A stretch of 64,000 nt of DNA from Vulcanimicrobiota bacterium. GTDB taxonomy: Bacteria > Vulcanimicrobiota > Vulcanimicrobiia > Vulcanimicrobiales > Vulcanimicrobiaceae. Below the pieces are notes generated by a model that ran no database searches, was not told the DNA's origin, and saw nothing but the letters and a program-made list of their open reading frames with translations. Positions within the stretch are counted from its first letter, which is position 1. Each line of letters starts with the position of its first letter. Made by a program: the position numbers and the translations under genes. The stretch spans positions 2,400,001 to 2,464,000 of the forward strand of contig OY968762.1 of assembly GCA_963695225.1 (NCBI GenBank), in the 5' to 3' direction. This document shows positions 12,249 through 21,284 of this stretch, piece after piece.

Positions 12249-14510
12249 GTGCGCGTGCGTCTTTCGCTCGGCAGCCTCGTCTTGATCCTCTCGCTCGGTT
12301 GGCTGGCGGGTTGCTCCGGCCGGGGCTCGTCCGTGCTCCCGACCGTTCCGGCGACGGGTCCGCAACCGGCGGCGACCGGAGCCTCACGTTCGGCGCAGGC
12401 GGCGACGCCGGCCCCGAACTTCCTCGGGTACGTCAGCTACTATTGGGGCGATCCCACGCAGTGGACGATCAACTGCGGCGCGCCGACGTACTATCCGCCG
12501 AACACGTGCCTCGTGGTGAACGCCGCGAGCGCGACGCAACTCGGCGGCCCGGCGCTCGCGGTCAACGAATTCGTCGCGATCACCGCGAACGCGGCGACGG
12601 CGAGCGCGAGCGGGATCACGGCGCTCTCGTTCACGACCTCGCTGACGCCGTTCCCCGGCTCGCCGCTCCCTCCCGGCTACACGGGACCGACGCCGGGCCC
12701 CACCGGCACGCCCGGCCCGAGCCCGGCTCCGAGCACGTCGCCGAGCGCGTCGCCCGGGCCGAGCGCGACGCCGAGCGCGGCGCCCTCGGGTTCGCCGAAT
12801 TTCCTCGGCTACGTCAGCTACTATTGGGGCGATCCGAAGCAGTGGACGATCAACTGCGGCGCGCCGACGTACTATCCGCCGAACACGTGCCTCGTGGTGA
12901 ACGCCGCGAGCGCGACGCAACTCGGCGGCCCGGCGCTCGCGGTCAACGACTTCGTGGCGATCACCGCGAACGCGGCGACGGCGAGCGCGAACGGGATAAC
13001 GGCGCTCTCGTTCACGACCTCGCTGACGCCGTTCCCCGGCTCGCCGCTCCCTCCCGGCTACACCGGGCCGACGCCCGGCCCAACGACGGCACCGACCGCT
13101 AGCCCGAAGCCGACCGCGACGCCGACGCCTACGGCCGCACCGACCGCGACCCCCGCGCCGACCGCCAGCCCCGCGCCTACGCCGACCCCGGCACCGACCG
13201 CGACCCCCAAGCCGACGACGGCGCCGACCGGCGGCGCGACGCCGCCCGGGACGAACTTTCTCGGCTACGTCAGCTATTACTGGGGCGATCCGAAGCAGTG
13301 GACGATCAACTGCGGCGCGCCGACGTACTATCCGCCGAACACGTGCCTGGTGGTGAACGCGCCGAGCGCGACGCAAGCCGGCGGCCCGGCGCTCGCGGTC
13401 GGCGACTTCGTGGCGATCGCCGCGAACGCCGCGACGGCGAGCACGAACGGGATCACCGCGACGGTGTTCGCCACCTCGCTGACGCCGTTCGCCGGATCCC
13501 CGCTCCCGCCCGGGTACACCGGACCGACTTCGGCGCCGACGGCGAGTCCGACCGCGGCACCCACGTCGACGCCGGCGCCCACTCCTAAGCCGAGCCCGAC
13601 GCCCTCGCCGACGGGGACCCCTGCCCCCGGCGGGCCCCATCTCTACGTTTCGACGGGGTCGCAAGTCGAAGTCTACCCGCTCGTGACGAGCGGGACGCTC
13701 GGCACGCCGCTTCGTACGCTCGGCAACGCCAAGGGTTCCGTCGGCCTCCAGATGGCGTTCGATTCGCACGGCAACCTGTATACCGTAGCGACGGATCTCC
13801 TGCGTTTCCCGGCCGGCGCGAGCGGCTCGGTCTCGCCGGACGTCGACCTCGCGTCCCCCGCCGGGTATCCGATGGAGAGCGTCGCCGTCGACGGGAACGA
13901 CTACATCTATGCCGCCTACGGCGATCCGACGGATTTGCAGGGCAACTTCCAAGGCAGCACGCTGCAAGTCTTCGCACCGGGCGTTGCTTCGAATTCCGCA
14001 CCGGTCTTCACGACGCAGCTCTGCCTCCCGTGGAAGCGCGTCGTGCGTTTGGTCGTCGCGCAGAATCACCTGAACGTCCTCTGCAACGACAGTTTCAACA
14101 TCGGCGTCCACGTGATGATCTATCCGCTCTACACGCCCGGAAGCACGCTGCCGGAGACTTACGAACTGTACGGCGCGTTGACGAACATGATCGACGGAAT
14201 AGGGCTGGCGGTCGATTCGAGCGCGAGCATCTTCCTCTTCAACGACAATTTCAATGTTTCGAACGGCGAGTACGGAAACGTCTACGCGGCGTCGCTGCAA
14301 AACAACGCCCCGCCGACCGCGACGCTCGCCTTCCCAGCCTCCAACGAGCCTGCGCACGACGGGAATCCCGTCTTCGATGCAAGCGGAAACCTGTTGTACG
14401 GTTCGGCGTCCGGGCAGATCGGCGTATTCGCCCCGGGCGCTCTCTCACCGAGCCGGTTCGTCGGCTTCGGAACCGCCCACGGCGCCGTCGGCGTTTCGAT
14501 CGGGCCGTGA
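12249..14510 (+). CDS. Lipoprotein with 3 tandem ~92-aa repeats, Pro/Thr linkers and an NHL-like beta-propeller C-terminus
   Basis: GGAGG plus GTG 12249, lipobox LAGC, repeat NFLGYVSYYWGDP.QWTINCGAPTYYPPNTCLVVNA..., and AFDSHGNLY / AVDGNDYIY / FDASGNL blades. Confidence 0.75.
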   Translation: MRVRLSLGSLVLILSLGWLAGCSGRGSSVLPTVPATGPQPAATGASRSAQAATPAPNFLGYVSYYWGDPTQWTINCGAPTYYPPNTCLVVNAASATQLGGPALAVNEFVAITANAATASASGITALSFTTSLTPFPGSPLPPGYTGPTPGPTGTPGPSPAPSTSPSASPGPSATPSAAPSGSPNFLGYVSYYWGDPKQWTINCGAPTYYPPNTCLVVNAASATQLGGPALAVNDFVAITANAATASANGITALSFTTSLTPFPGSPLPPGYTGPTPGPTTAPTASPKPTATPTPTAAPTATPAPTASPAPTPTPAPTATPKPTTAPTGGATPPGTNFLGYVSYYWGDPKQWTINCGAPTYYPPNTCLVVNAPSATQAGGPALAVGDFVAIAANAATASTNGITATVFATSLTPFAGSPLPPGYTGPTSAPTASPTAAPTSTPAPTPKPSPTPSPTGTPAPGGPHLYVSTGSQVEVYPLVTSGTLGTPLRTLGNAKGSVGLQMAFDSHGNLYTVATDLLRFPAGASGSVSPDVDLASPAGYPMESVAVDGNDYIYAAYGDPTDLQGNFQGSTLQVFAPGVASNSAPVFTTQLCLPWKRVVRLVVAQNHLNVLCNDSFNIGVHVMIYPLYTPGSTLPETYELYGALTNMIDGIGLAVDSSASIFLFNDNFNVSNGEYGNVYAASLQNNAPPTATLAFPASNEPAHDGNPVFDASGNLLYGSASGQIGVFAPGALSPSRFVGFGTAHGAVGVSIGP

Positions 14511-15969
14511 GGGGGCGTCGCATGCCGTTGTACTCATGCCGCGGGGAGCCGCGGCGAGTCGAAAGTCCTAGGGAATCCGGCATCGACCGCACGTCAAAGC
14601 GGGCACAAACAAGACGCGGGCAGCTTGGCTACACAAGCGCCCATATGGGATATCCCGGAGGGTAGGATCGTGCGCGTGCGCCTGTGGCTAGGCATCCTCG
14701 TTTCGGCCGTTTCGCTAGCCTGGTTCGCGGGTTGCGCGGGCAAGGGTACGACGACGATCCCGGCCATCCCGGCGACCGGCCCGCAACCTGCGGCGACCGG
14801 CGTTTCGCGTTCGGCGCAAGCGGCGACCCCGGCCCCGAACTTCCTCGGGTACGTCAGCTACTACTGGGGCGATCCCACGCAGTGGACGATCAACTGCGGC
14901 GCGCCGACGTACTATCCGCCGAACACGTGTCTCGTCGTGAACGCCGCGGGCGCGACGCAACTCGGCGGCCCGGCGCTGGCGGTCAACGACTTCGTCGCGA
15001 TCAATGCGAACGCGGCGACGGCGAGCGCGAACGGGATCACGGCGCTCTCGTTCACGACTTCGCTGACGCCGTTCCCCGGCTCGCCGCTCCCTCCCGGCTA
15101 CACGGGGCCGACGCCCGGCCCAACGGCGACACCGACCGCGACCCCGAAGCCGACCGCGCCGCCGACCGCGTCGCCGGGACCGAGCGCGACGCCGAGTGCA
15201 ACGCCGAGCGCCGCGCCCTCGGGTTCGCCGAATTTCCTCGGGTACGTCAGCTACTATTGGGGCGATCCCAAGCAGTGGACGATCAACTGCGGCGCGCCGA
15301 CGTACTATCCGCCGAACACGTGCCTCGTGGTGAACGCCGCGAGCGCGACGCAACTCGGGGGCCCGGCGCTCGCGGTCAACGACTTCGTCGCGATCACCGC
15401 GAACGCGGCGACGGCGAGCGCGAACGGGATCACGGCGCTCACGTTCACGACCTCGCTGACGCCGTTCCCCGGTTCGCCGCTCCCTCCCGGCTACACCGGG
15501 CCGACGCCCGGCCCAACGACGGCACCGACCGCTAGCCCGAAGCCGACCGCAACGCCGGTGCCGACCGCTAGCCCGAAGCCGACCGCAACCCCCGCACCGA
15601 CCGCCAGCCCCAAGCCGACCGCAACGCCGGTGCCGACCGCCAGCCCCAAGCCGACGGCGACTCCGACCGGGGCCGCAACCCCTTCCGGGACGAACTTCCT
15701 AGGCTACGTCAGCTTCTTCTGGGGCGACGCCAAGCAGTGGACGATCAATTGCGGCGCGCCGACGTACTATCCGCCGAACACGTGCCTGGTGGTGAACGCG
15801 CCGAGCGCGACGCAAGCCGGCGGCCCGGCGCTTGCGGTCGGCGACTTCGTGGCGATCGCCGCGAACGCTGCGACGGCGAGTGCGAACGGGATCACCGCGA
15901 CGGTGTTCGCCACCTCGCTGACGCCGTTCGCCGGCTCCCCGCTCCCGCCCGGGTACACCGGTCCGACGC
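12417..15969 (+). repeat. Six near-identical ~277-bp intragenic domain repeats (starts 12417, 12798, 13254, 14838, 15231, 15693)
   Basis: Directly visible nucleotide repeats, e.g. cagtggacgatcaa(c/t)tgcggcgcgccgacgtactatccgccgaacacgtg in all six. Confidence 0.95.
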
Positions 15970-17624
15970 CCGCGCCGACGTCCGCGCCGACGCCGACGGC
16001 TGCGCCGTCGAGTGCGCCGATGGTCGATTGGCCCACGTATGGGAACAACAATCAGCGGACCGGAGAAAGCTCCGACACGACGATCACCTCGAGCAACGTT
16101 GCGACGCTCAAGCTCGCATGGGCGCATCAAGGGTTCGACTTCAACGTGCAGACGCAGCCCGTCGTAGCGACGGGCGTCGCGAACGTTCCGTTCGACGGGC
16201 AGACGCATTCGATCGTCTACGTCGGGGGCGGTTCCGGGTACGTGTACGCTTTCGACGCGTTCAGCGGGCAAGTGCTCTGGACGCAAAAAGGGTTGGCCGC
16301 CGGATCCTATGCCTGCCCCGGCACCGCCGCGGGACCGTTCGGCGTGCAGGGGACGTTCGCGATCGACCGTGCGAACGGCGTCGTCTACGTCCCCGACGGC
16401 GTGCATCGCGTCCACGCGTTGGACCTGGCGAGCGGCGCCGACAAGTGGTCCGTCAACGTCGTCGAACCGGGAACGGACGACGGGTCCGACACCTCTTTGC
16501 AAGAGTTCCTGCACACGGGTCTGACGCTTGCGAACGGCAAACTGTACGGCGGCACGTCGTCGACCTGCGACCTCACGCCGTGGCGGGGCCGCGTCTTCGA
16601 GATCGACGTCGCGACCCACGCGCTGAAGACGTTCTATACCGTCTACAACTCCGCGCCTTCGGGGCAGCCTTCGGGTCCGTATAGCGGCGGCGGAGTCTGG
16701 GGCTGGGGCGGCGCATCGTCGGACGGCAGCTCGCTCTATATCGGCGTCGGCAACGCAGACACGTCCGCGCAGCAGTCCCCGTACGTCACGGCGCCGTCCG
16801 AAGCGTCCGGCTTTGCCGAGAGCGTCGTGCGCCTCTCGAACGACCTCGGGGTCGTCGACAGCAACTTCCCGAACCGCGCCACGAGCCCGGCGGCGGACGA
16901 CCTCGACCTGAGCGGCACGCCGATGCTGTTTACGCCGCCCGGCTGCCCGCCGCTTCTGGCACTGCAGGGGAAACAGGGGTATCTCCTGATCTACAACCGC
17001 TCGAATCTTGCGGCCGGGCCGCTCGCGGCGTTCCAATTTGCGCCGAGCACGAGCGAATCGCACTTCATCGGGCTCCCGGCGTACTCGTCCAAGACGGGTC
17101 TGCTCTACGCCGCCTTGCCGACGAGCATCGGTCCCTACGGCCCGGGGATGGCGATCCTGCAGCCCAACGGCGGCTGCACGGGGTTCAGCGTCATCGCGCA
17201 GCCTTCGTTCGGAACCGACTCGTTCAACTACGGCAACGCGGATCCGCGAGGTAGCGCGACGCTCGTGAACGACGTCGCGTTCATGGGGACCCCCGAAGGG
17301 ATCCTCTGGGCGCGGAACGCCAAGACCGGAGCCGCGCTCTGGGACAGCAGCAAAGCCTGGACGCCGCAGAGCGCCGGCGACGAGATCCGCTACGGCCCGG
17401 CGGTGACCGGCGGCTGGGTCTACGTCGTCGCGGTGGACAGCGGCTCGATCTACGCGCTGAACGTGAGCGGCGCCGCGACGAGCGTCGCCGCCCGGCGCGC
17501 GGCGGCGAGCACGCAGGCGGGCTCGAGCGCGCTGCCCGCGACGCGCCCGCTCCCGCCCGCCCCGATTCGATATCGCCCGCCGCAGCGCCGGCGCAGCCCG
17601 CTCGGGAAGTCGCTGCGGCGCTAG
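14670..17624 (+). CDS. Paralogous lipoprotein with the same 3 repeats and a PQQ-binding-like beta-propeller C-terminus
   Basis: GGAGG plus GTG 14670, lipobox FAGC. DWPTYGNNNQRTG, YAFDAFSGQVLW, HALDLASGADKW, GGGVWG, DLDLSGTP. Confidence 0.78.
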   Translation: MRVRLWLGILVSAVSLAWFAGCAGKGTTTIPAIPATGPQPAATGVSRSAQAATPAPNFLGYVSYYWGDPTQWTINCGAPTYYPPNTCLVVNAAGATQLGGPALAVNDFVAINANAATASANGITALSFTTSLTPFPGSPLPPGYTGPTPGPTATPTATPKPTAPPTASPGPSATPSATPSAAPSGSPNFLGYVSYYWGDPKQWTINCGAPTYYPPNTCLVVNAASATQLGGPALAVNDFVAITANAATASANGITALTFTTSLTPFPGSPLPPGYTGPTPGPTTAPTASPKPTATPVPTASPKPTATPAPTASPKPTATPVPTASPKPTATPTGAATPSGTNFLGYVSFFWGDAKQWTINCGAPTYYPPNTCLVVNAPSATQAGGPALAVGDFVAIAANAATASANGITATVFATSLTPFAGSPLPPGYTGPTPAPTSAPTPTAAPSSAPMVDWPTYGNNNQRTGESSDTTITSSNVATLKLAWAHQGFDFNVQTQPVVATGVANVPFDGQTHSIVYVGGGSGYVYAFDAFSGQVLWTQKGLAAGSYACPGTAAGPFGVQGTFAIDRANGVVYVPDGVHRVHALDLASGADKWSVNVVEPGTDDGSDTSLQEFLHTGLTLANGKLYGGTSSTCDLTPWRGRVFEIDVATHALKTFYTVYNSAPSGQPSGPYSGGGVWGWGGASSDGSSLYIGVGNADTSAQQSPYVTAPSEASGFAESVVRLSNDLGVVDSNFPNRATSPAADDLDLSGTPMLFTPPGCPPLLALQGKQGYLLIYNRSNLAAGPLAAFQFAPSTSESHFIGLPAYSSKTGLLYAALPTSIGPYGPGMAILQPNGGCTGFSVIAQPSFGTDSFNYGNADPRGSATLVNDVAFMGTPEGILWARNAKTGAALWDSSKAWTPQSAGDEIRYGPAVTGGWVYVVAVDSGSIYALNVSGAATSVAARRAAASTQAGSSALPATRPLPPAPIRYRPPQRRRSPLGKSLRR

Positions 17625-17634
17625 CCGCAGCGGC

Positions 17635-18285
17635 CTACCGCAAGCCGATCGGAAGCGTGATGCTGACCGTCCGCCCGTCCGCGGTCGACGCAACGATGTC
17701 GACGTCGTAACTCCGGCCGAGCAGGAAGGTCGGGAGGCTCGGGAGCTGCTCCGTGCCCCCGAAGATGCCGGGCGCGATCTGCGGAATGCCCATCTGCCGG
17801 CCGAAGGCGCGCGCCGTGACGAACCCGACGTTCTGGCTCGTCGTGATGCGCACGAGGATCAGCCCCGGCGTTTCGAGCGTGCGTTCGTTCAGGGCGACCT
17901 CCACGATCGCGGGCGAGTCGGGCGCGGCGGCTTTCGGCGCCGGTGGGACGACGATGTAGTGGTACGGGTTCGGCGTCGGCTTCGGGGTCGGCCAAACGTC
18001 CGGAGGGGAAGCCATGGGCGGAACCGACAGCACCTGTGGAGCCGGGACCGGGGCGGCGGACGGAGCCGAAGCCGGGGCGGCGGACGGAGCCGAAGCCGGG
18101 GCGGCGGCAGGCGCCGGGGAGGTCCCGGCGGAGGGGGCAGGCGACGGGGTCGCAACCGCGGTCGGCGCGGAGGCCGGCGTCGCCGGCGCCGCCGGTGACG
18201 GAGCGGACGGCGGCACGGCCGCGGGCGCGCTCGTCGAGAGCAGCGCCGCGAGGCAAGCGGCGAGCGGCAGGATTCGCCGGGTCAT
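17635..18285 (-). CDS. Secreted Pro/Ala/Ser-rich protein with conserved ~95-aa beta domain (paralog 1 of 3)
   Basis: Signal peptide, (PASAPSAA) repeats, P.IVEV...TTSQNV...LP.FL.R.Y...A..ADG. Start overlaps the upstream stop (ATGA). Confidence 0.7.
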   Translation of the reverse strand: MTRRILPLAACLAALLSTSAPAAVPPSAPSPAAPATPASAPTAVATPSPAPSAGTSPAPAAAPASAPSAAPASAPSAAPVPAPQVLSVPPMASPPDVWPTPKPTPNPYHYIVVPPAPKAAAPDSPAIVEVALNERTLETPGLILVRITTSQNVGFVTARAFGRQMGIPQIAPGIFGGTEQLPSLPTFLLGRSYDVDIVASTADGRTVSITLPIGLR

Positions 18286-19790
18286 CGAACTCCCCGCGCT
18301 TCGGCGAGCGGCTGGGCCGGGGTCCGAGAACCGTTCGAAAGGCGCTGGAGGAATGGAAGCATGGAGAACTCCGGAGCAGCGGGCGGATTCGGCCCGGTAA
18401 GGAAACGCACGACGAGCCGTATCGTTCCCATCCCGAGCGCGCTATCAACCTTTTTCCCCGCCTTTCCTTCTTCGGTCCGTGGGGCCGGGGTCTCCAGGCC
18501 GGCGACCTCGCCCGCGGCGAGCCCGACGATCGCCCAATACAAGGCGCCGATCTTCGGGAAGAAGAGCAGGTCGTCGAGGCCCTGATGGAACGCGAACGCG
18601 GCGCACCCGGCGAGCGCGCCGAGGACGAGCGGCCGGCGCCGCGCGGAGCCGGCGCAGAGTGCGACGGGAAGCAGCAGCGCCGCCGCGGTGGCCAGGAACA
18701 ACGGGATCCCTCCTTCGACGAGCGCTTGCAGGTAGGCGTTGTTCGCGTGGGTCCGAACCCCGGGGACGAGCGATCCGACCGCGTACTCGAAGTTGTCGGC
18801 CCCGATCCCGAGCCACGGGTGCGCCAGCCACAGCGTCCAGGCGGCGGACCACAACTCGGAGCGCGTCCCCACGCCGCCTGGTTTCGCGCTCTCGCTCAAC
18901 GAAAGCATGTGCTCGAGCACGGCGCCGGTCGCGTGCGCCCGCACGAGCGAGGCCCCTTCGAACGCGGCGAGCGCCCCGAAGACCGCGAGGGCCGCCGGGA
19001 GAGCGAGTCGCCGCCGGCTCCCGGCCGGCGCCCCCCAAACGACGATGGCCAGGGCGAGGAAGGTTGCGGCCCATCCCGAGCGCGAGAACGTCAACAATTC
19101 TGCGGCGAGGCCGAGGCCGATCGCGAGCATTTCGCCGGGGACCGGCTTGCGGAACACGGCGAACGCCGCCGCGAGCGGGAGCGCGAGTTCCAGGAAGCCC
19201 GCGAGCTGATTCGGACCCTCGAGAGGCCCGGCGATCCGGGGGATCAGGTCGGCGCCCACCTGGAGCACGGAGGGCGCGCCGCCGAATTCTTGCGCGAGCG
19301 CGACGAGCGAGACGGAAGCGATGACGGCGAGCAGCGTAAAACGGATCGGGCGTTCGTCGGGATCGGTGCGCCAGGCCGCGAAGGCCGCGGCTGCGATCCC
19401 CAGATACTGCAATGCCTTCAGCGTTTCGCGCATCGCGGCATCGGGATGCGCGGCCTGCCCGATCGAGAGGGCCGTCGTCGCGAGGAGCGCGACCAGCGCG
19501 AGGGCGAGCGGCCCGACGGCCTGCCTGCCCGCCCACTCGATTCTTCCCGCCGCCGCGCGCAGCGCGAGACCGAGTACCGCCGCGGGCAGCGCGACCTTCC
19601 CAAGCGTGAGCGTCGTTCCGAACGCGGACCGGTAGAGCGCGAACGGCGCGGTCGCGATCAGCACGGCGGCCGCGTACGAAGGGCGGCGATACGCCAGCAC
19701 CGCCGTCGCCGCGAACAGTAGGAGGTAAGCGGCGAGCGAGAACGACCCCAGCTCGGGAGTCTGCAAGGCGTCTGCGGGGTTGAGGTTCAC
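18282..19790 (-). CDS. O-antigen ligase / Wzy_C-family membrane protein
   Basis: RIAGPLEGPNQLAGFL, LTFSRSGW, R..LW..AW....HPWLGIG..NF, HANNAYLQ.LVEGG. Confidence 0.85.
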   Translation of the reverse strand: MNLNPADALQTPELGSFSLAAYLLLFAATAVLAYRRPSYAAAVLIATAPFALYRSAFGTTLTLGKVALPAAVLGLALRAAAGRIEWAGRQAVGPLALALVALLATTALSIGQAAHPDAAMRETLKALQYLGIAAAAFAAWRTDPDERPIRFTLLAVIASVSLVALAQEFGGAPSVLQVGADLIPRIAGPLEGPNQLAGFLELALPLAAAFAVFRKPVPGEMLAIGLGLAAELLTFSRSGWAATFLALAIVVWGAPAGSRRRLALPAALAVFGALAAFEGASLVRAHATGAVLEHMLSLSESAKPGGVGTRSELWSAAWTLWLAHPWLGIGADNFEYAVGSLVPGVRTHANNAYLQALVEGGIPLFLATAAALLLPVALCAGSARRRPLVLGALAGCAAFAFHQGLDDLLFFPKIGALYWAIVGLAAGEVAGLETPAPRTEEGKAGKKVDSALGMGTIRLVVRFLTGPNPPAAPEFSMLPFLQRLSNGSRTPAQPLAEARGVR

Positions 19791-19835
19791 GACGCCGACG
19801 GGGTTCGATTCCGGCAGAGCGAACCCCGGTCGCCG

Positions 19836-21098
19836 ATGGACGAACCTCGCATGCGCGGCGCGATCGCGCGCAAGCGCGACGGCGGCGAGCTCGCGCCGGA
19901 CGAGTGGGCCGGGATCGTCGCGGCGTTCCTCGCCGGGGCCGTCGACGACGCGCAGATGGCCGCGCTCGCGATGGCCTGCGTGTGGCGGGGGTTATCGTTC
20001 GATGAGACGCTCGCGCTGACGCGCGCGCTCGTTGCGAGCGGCGAGACGCTGGAGTGGGGCGGATTGCGCCCCGTCGACAAGCATTCGACGGGCGGCGTCT
20101 CGGACGGAGCCTCGCTGATCGTCGTTCCGCTCGTCGCAGCCTGCGGCGTCCCCGTGGCGAAGCTCTCGGGGCGCGCGCTCGGCCACACCGGCGGGACGCT
20201 CGACAAGCTCGAAGCCGTCCCGGGCGTGCGGACCGATCTCGCCCCCGAGGCGTTCCGCGCCCAGGTCGAACGCGTCGGCTGCGCCATCGCGGCGCAGAAC
20301 GAACGCCTGGTTCCGGGGGATCGGAAGCTCTACGCGCTGCGCGACCGCACCGCGACCGTTCCCGGCATCGGGCTGATCGCCGCCTCGATCGTCTCGAAGA
20401 AGATCGCGGGCGGCGCCGCTTCGATCGTCTACGACGTGAAGGTGGGGCGCGGGGCCTTCATGCGCACGGCCGAAGACGCGATCGAACTCGCGCGGGCGTT
20501 GACCGCCGTGACGGCAGCGTTCGGGCGGACGAGCCGCGCGCTCGTGACGGACATGGACGAACCCCTCGGCCGCTGCATCGGAACCGGCCTCGAAGTCCTC
20601 GAGGCGCGCGACTTCTTGCGCGGAACGCGGCGGGCGCCGCGGCTCGAAGCGGTGTGCCTCGCGCTCGCCGGCGCGCTGCTGAACGGAGCGCAGGTGGACC
20701 GGCCGCAGGAGCGGCTCGCCGAAGCGCTCGCGAGCGGCGCGGCGTACGAACGGTTCGAACGAATGCTCTCCGCGCAGGGCGCGCTCCCCGGCGCGCTTTC
20801 CGCCCTCGCCCCGGACGCTCGCGGGGGGCGCATCCTCGCCCGGCTGGACGGTTTCGTGCGTGAGATCGACGCGGTCGCGCTCGGCGAGAGCGCCCGGGCG
20901 CTGACGGCCGAAGGCGGCGGGTGCTGCGGCATCGTCCTCGCCGCGAGCACGGGCGAACGCCTGTGCGCCGGGGAACTCTTGGCGACCGTTTACGGCCCCG
21001 CGGACGCGTCGCTCTTGGCGCGGGTCGAGGCTGCGTTTGCGCTCGGCGAGGAACCCGCTCCGGACCGGGCGCTGCTCGTCGCCTCGCTGGCTTCCTGA
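19836..21098 (+). CDS. pdp: Pyrimidine-nucleoside/thymidine phosphorylase
   Basis: VDKHSTGGV, KLSGRALGHTGGTLDKLE, LIAASIVSKKIA, DVKVGRGAFM. Confidence 0.93.
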   Translation: MDEPRMRGAIARKRDGGELAPDEWAGIVAAFLAGAVDDAQMAALAMACVWRGLSFDETLALTRALVASGETLEWGGLRPVDKHSTGGVSDGASLIVVPLVAACGVPVAKLSGRALGHTGGTLDKLEAVPGVRTDLAPEAFRAQVERVGCAIAAQNERLVPGDRKLYALRDRTATVPGIGLIAASIVSKKIAGGAASIVYDVKVGRGAFMRTAEDAIELARALTAVTAAFGRTSRALVTDMDEPLGRCIGTGLEVLEARDFLRGTRRAPRLEAVCLALAGALLNGAQVDRPQERLAEALASGAAYERFERMLSAQGALPGALSALAPDARGGRILARLDGFVREIDAVALGESARALTAEGGGCCGIVLAASTGERLCAGELLATVYGPADASLLARVEAAFALGEEPAPDRALLVASLAS

Positions 21099-21110
21099 GG
21101 CCGCCCGAAT

Positions 21111-21137
21111 GTCGTCCTGAGCTTGTCGATGGATGGC
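21111..21137. repeat. Degenerate REP-like hairpin
   Basis: GTCGTCC-TGAGCTTGTCGAT-GGATGGC resembles the widespread ..CCTGAGCTTGTCGAAGG.. extragenic palindrome. Confidence 0.45.
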
Positions 21138-21249
21138 CCCGTGCCGGAGCCGTTCGCCTAGGCTTCGCAGCGCAGCTTTTCCGGCAGCAACGTTCAGCCG
21201 CGCAGACGCAACTGTTGACTCTCTTACCTTATACGCTTGCGTTAGCGCA

Positions 21250-21278
21250 TTGACTTTCGTAGTGCTTATCTTTAGATT
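21250..21278 (+). promoter_or_regulatory. Sigma70-like promoter TTGACT-N17-TAGATT, predicts a leaderless transcript
   Basis: AT-rich island. The -10 ends 6 nt before ATG 21285 and there is no SD. Confidence 0.65.
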
Positions 21279-21284
21279 AATAAA

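Noticed and set aside
12417..15969. CRISPR array or DGR template/variable repeat
   Set aside because: The repeats are ~277-bp in-frame coding domains, differences are not adenine-specific, and no cas or reverse transcriptase gene is present.
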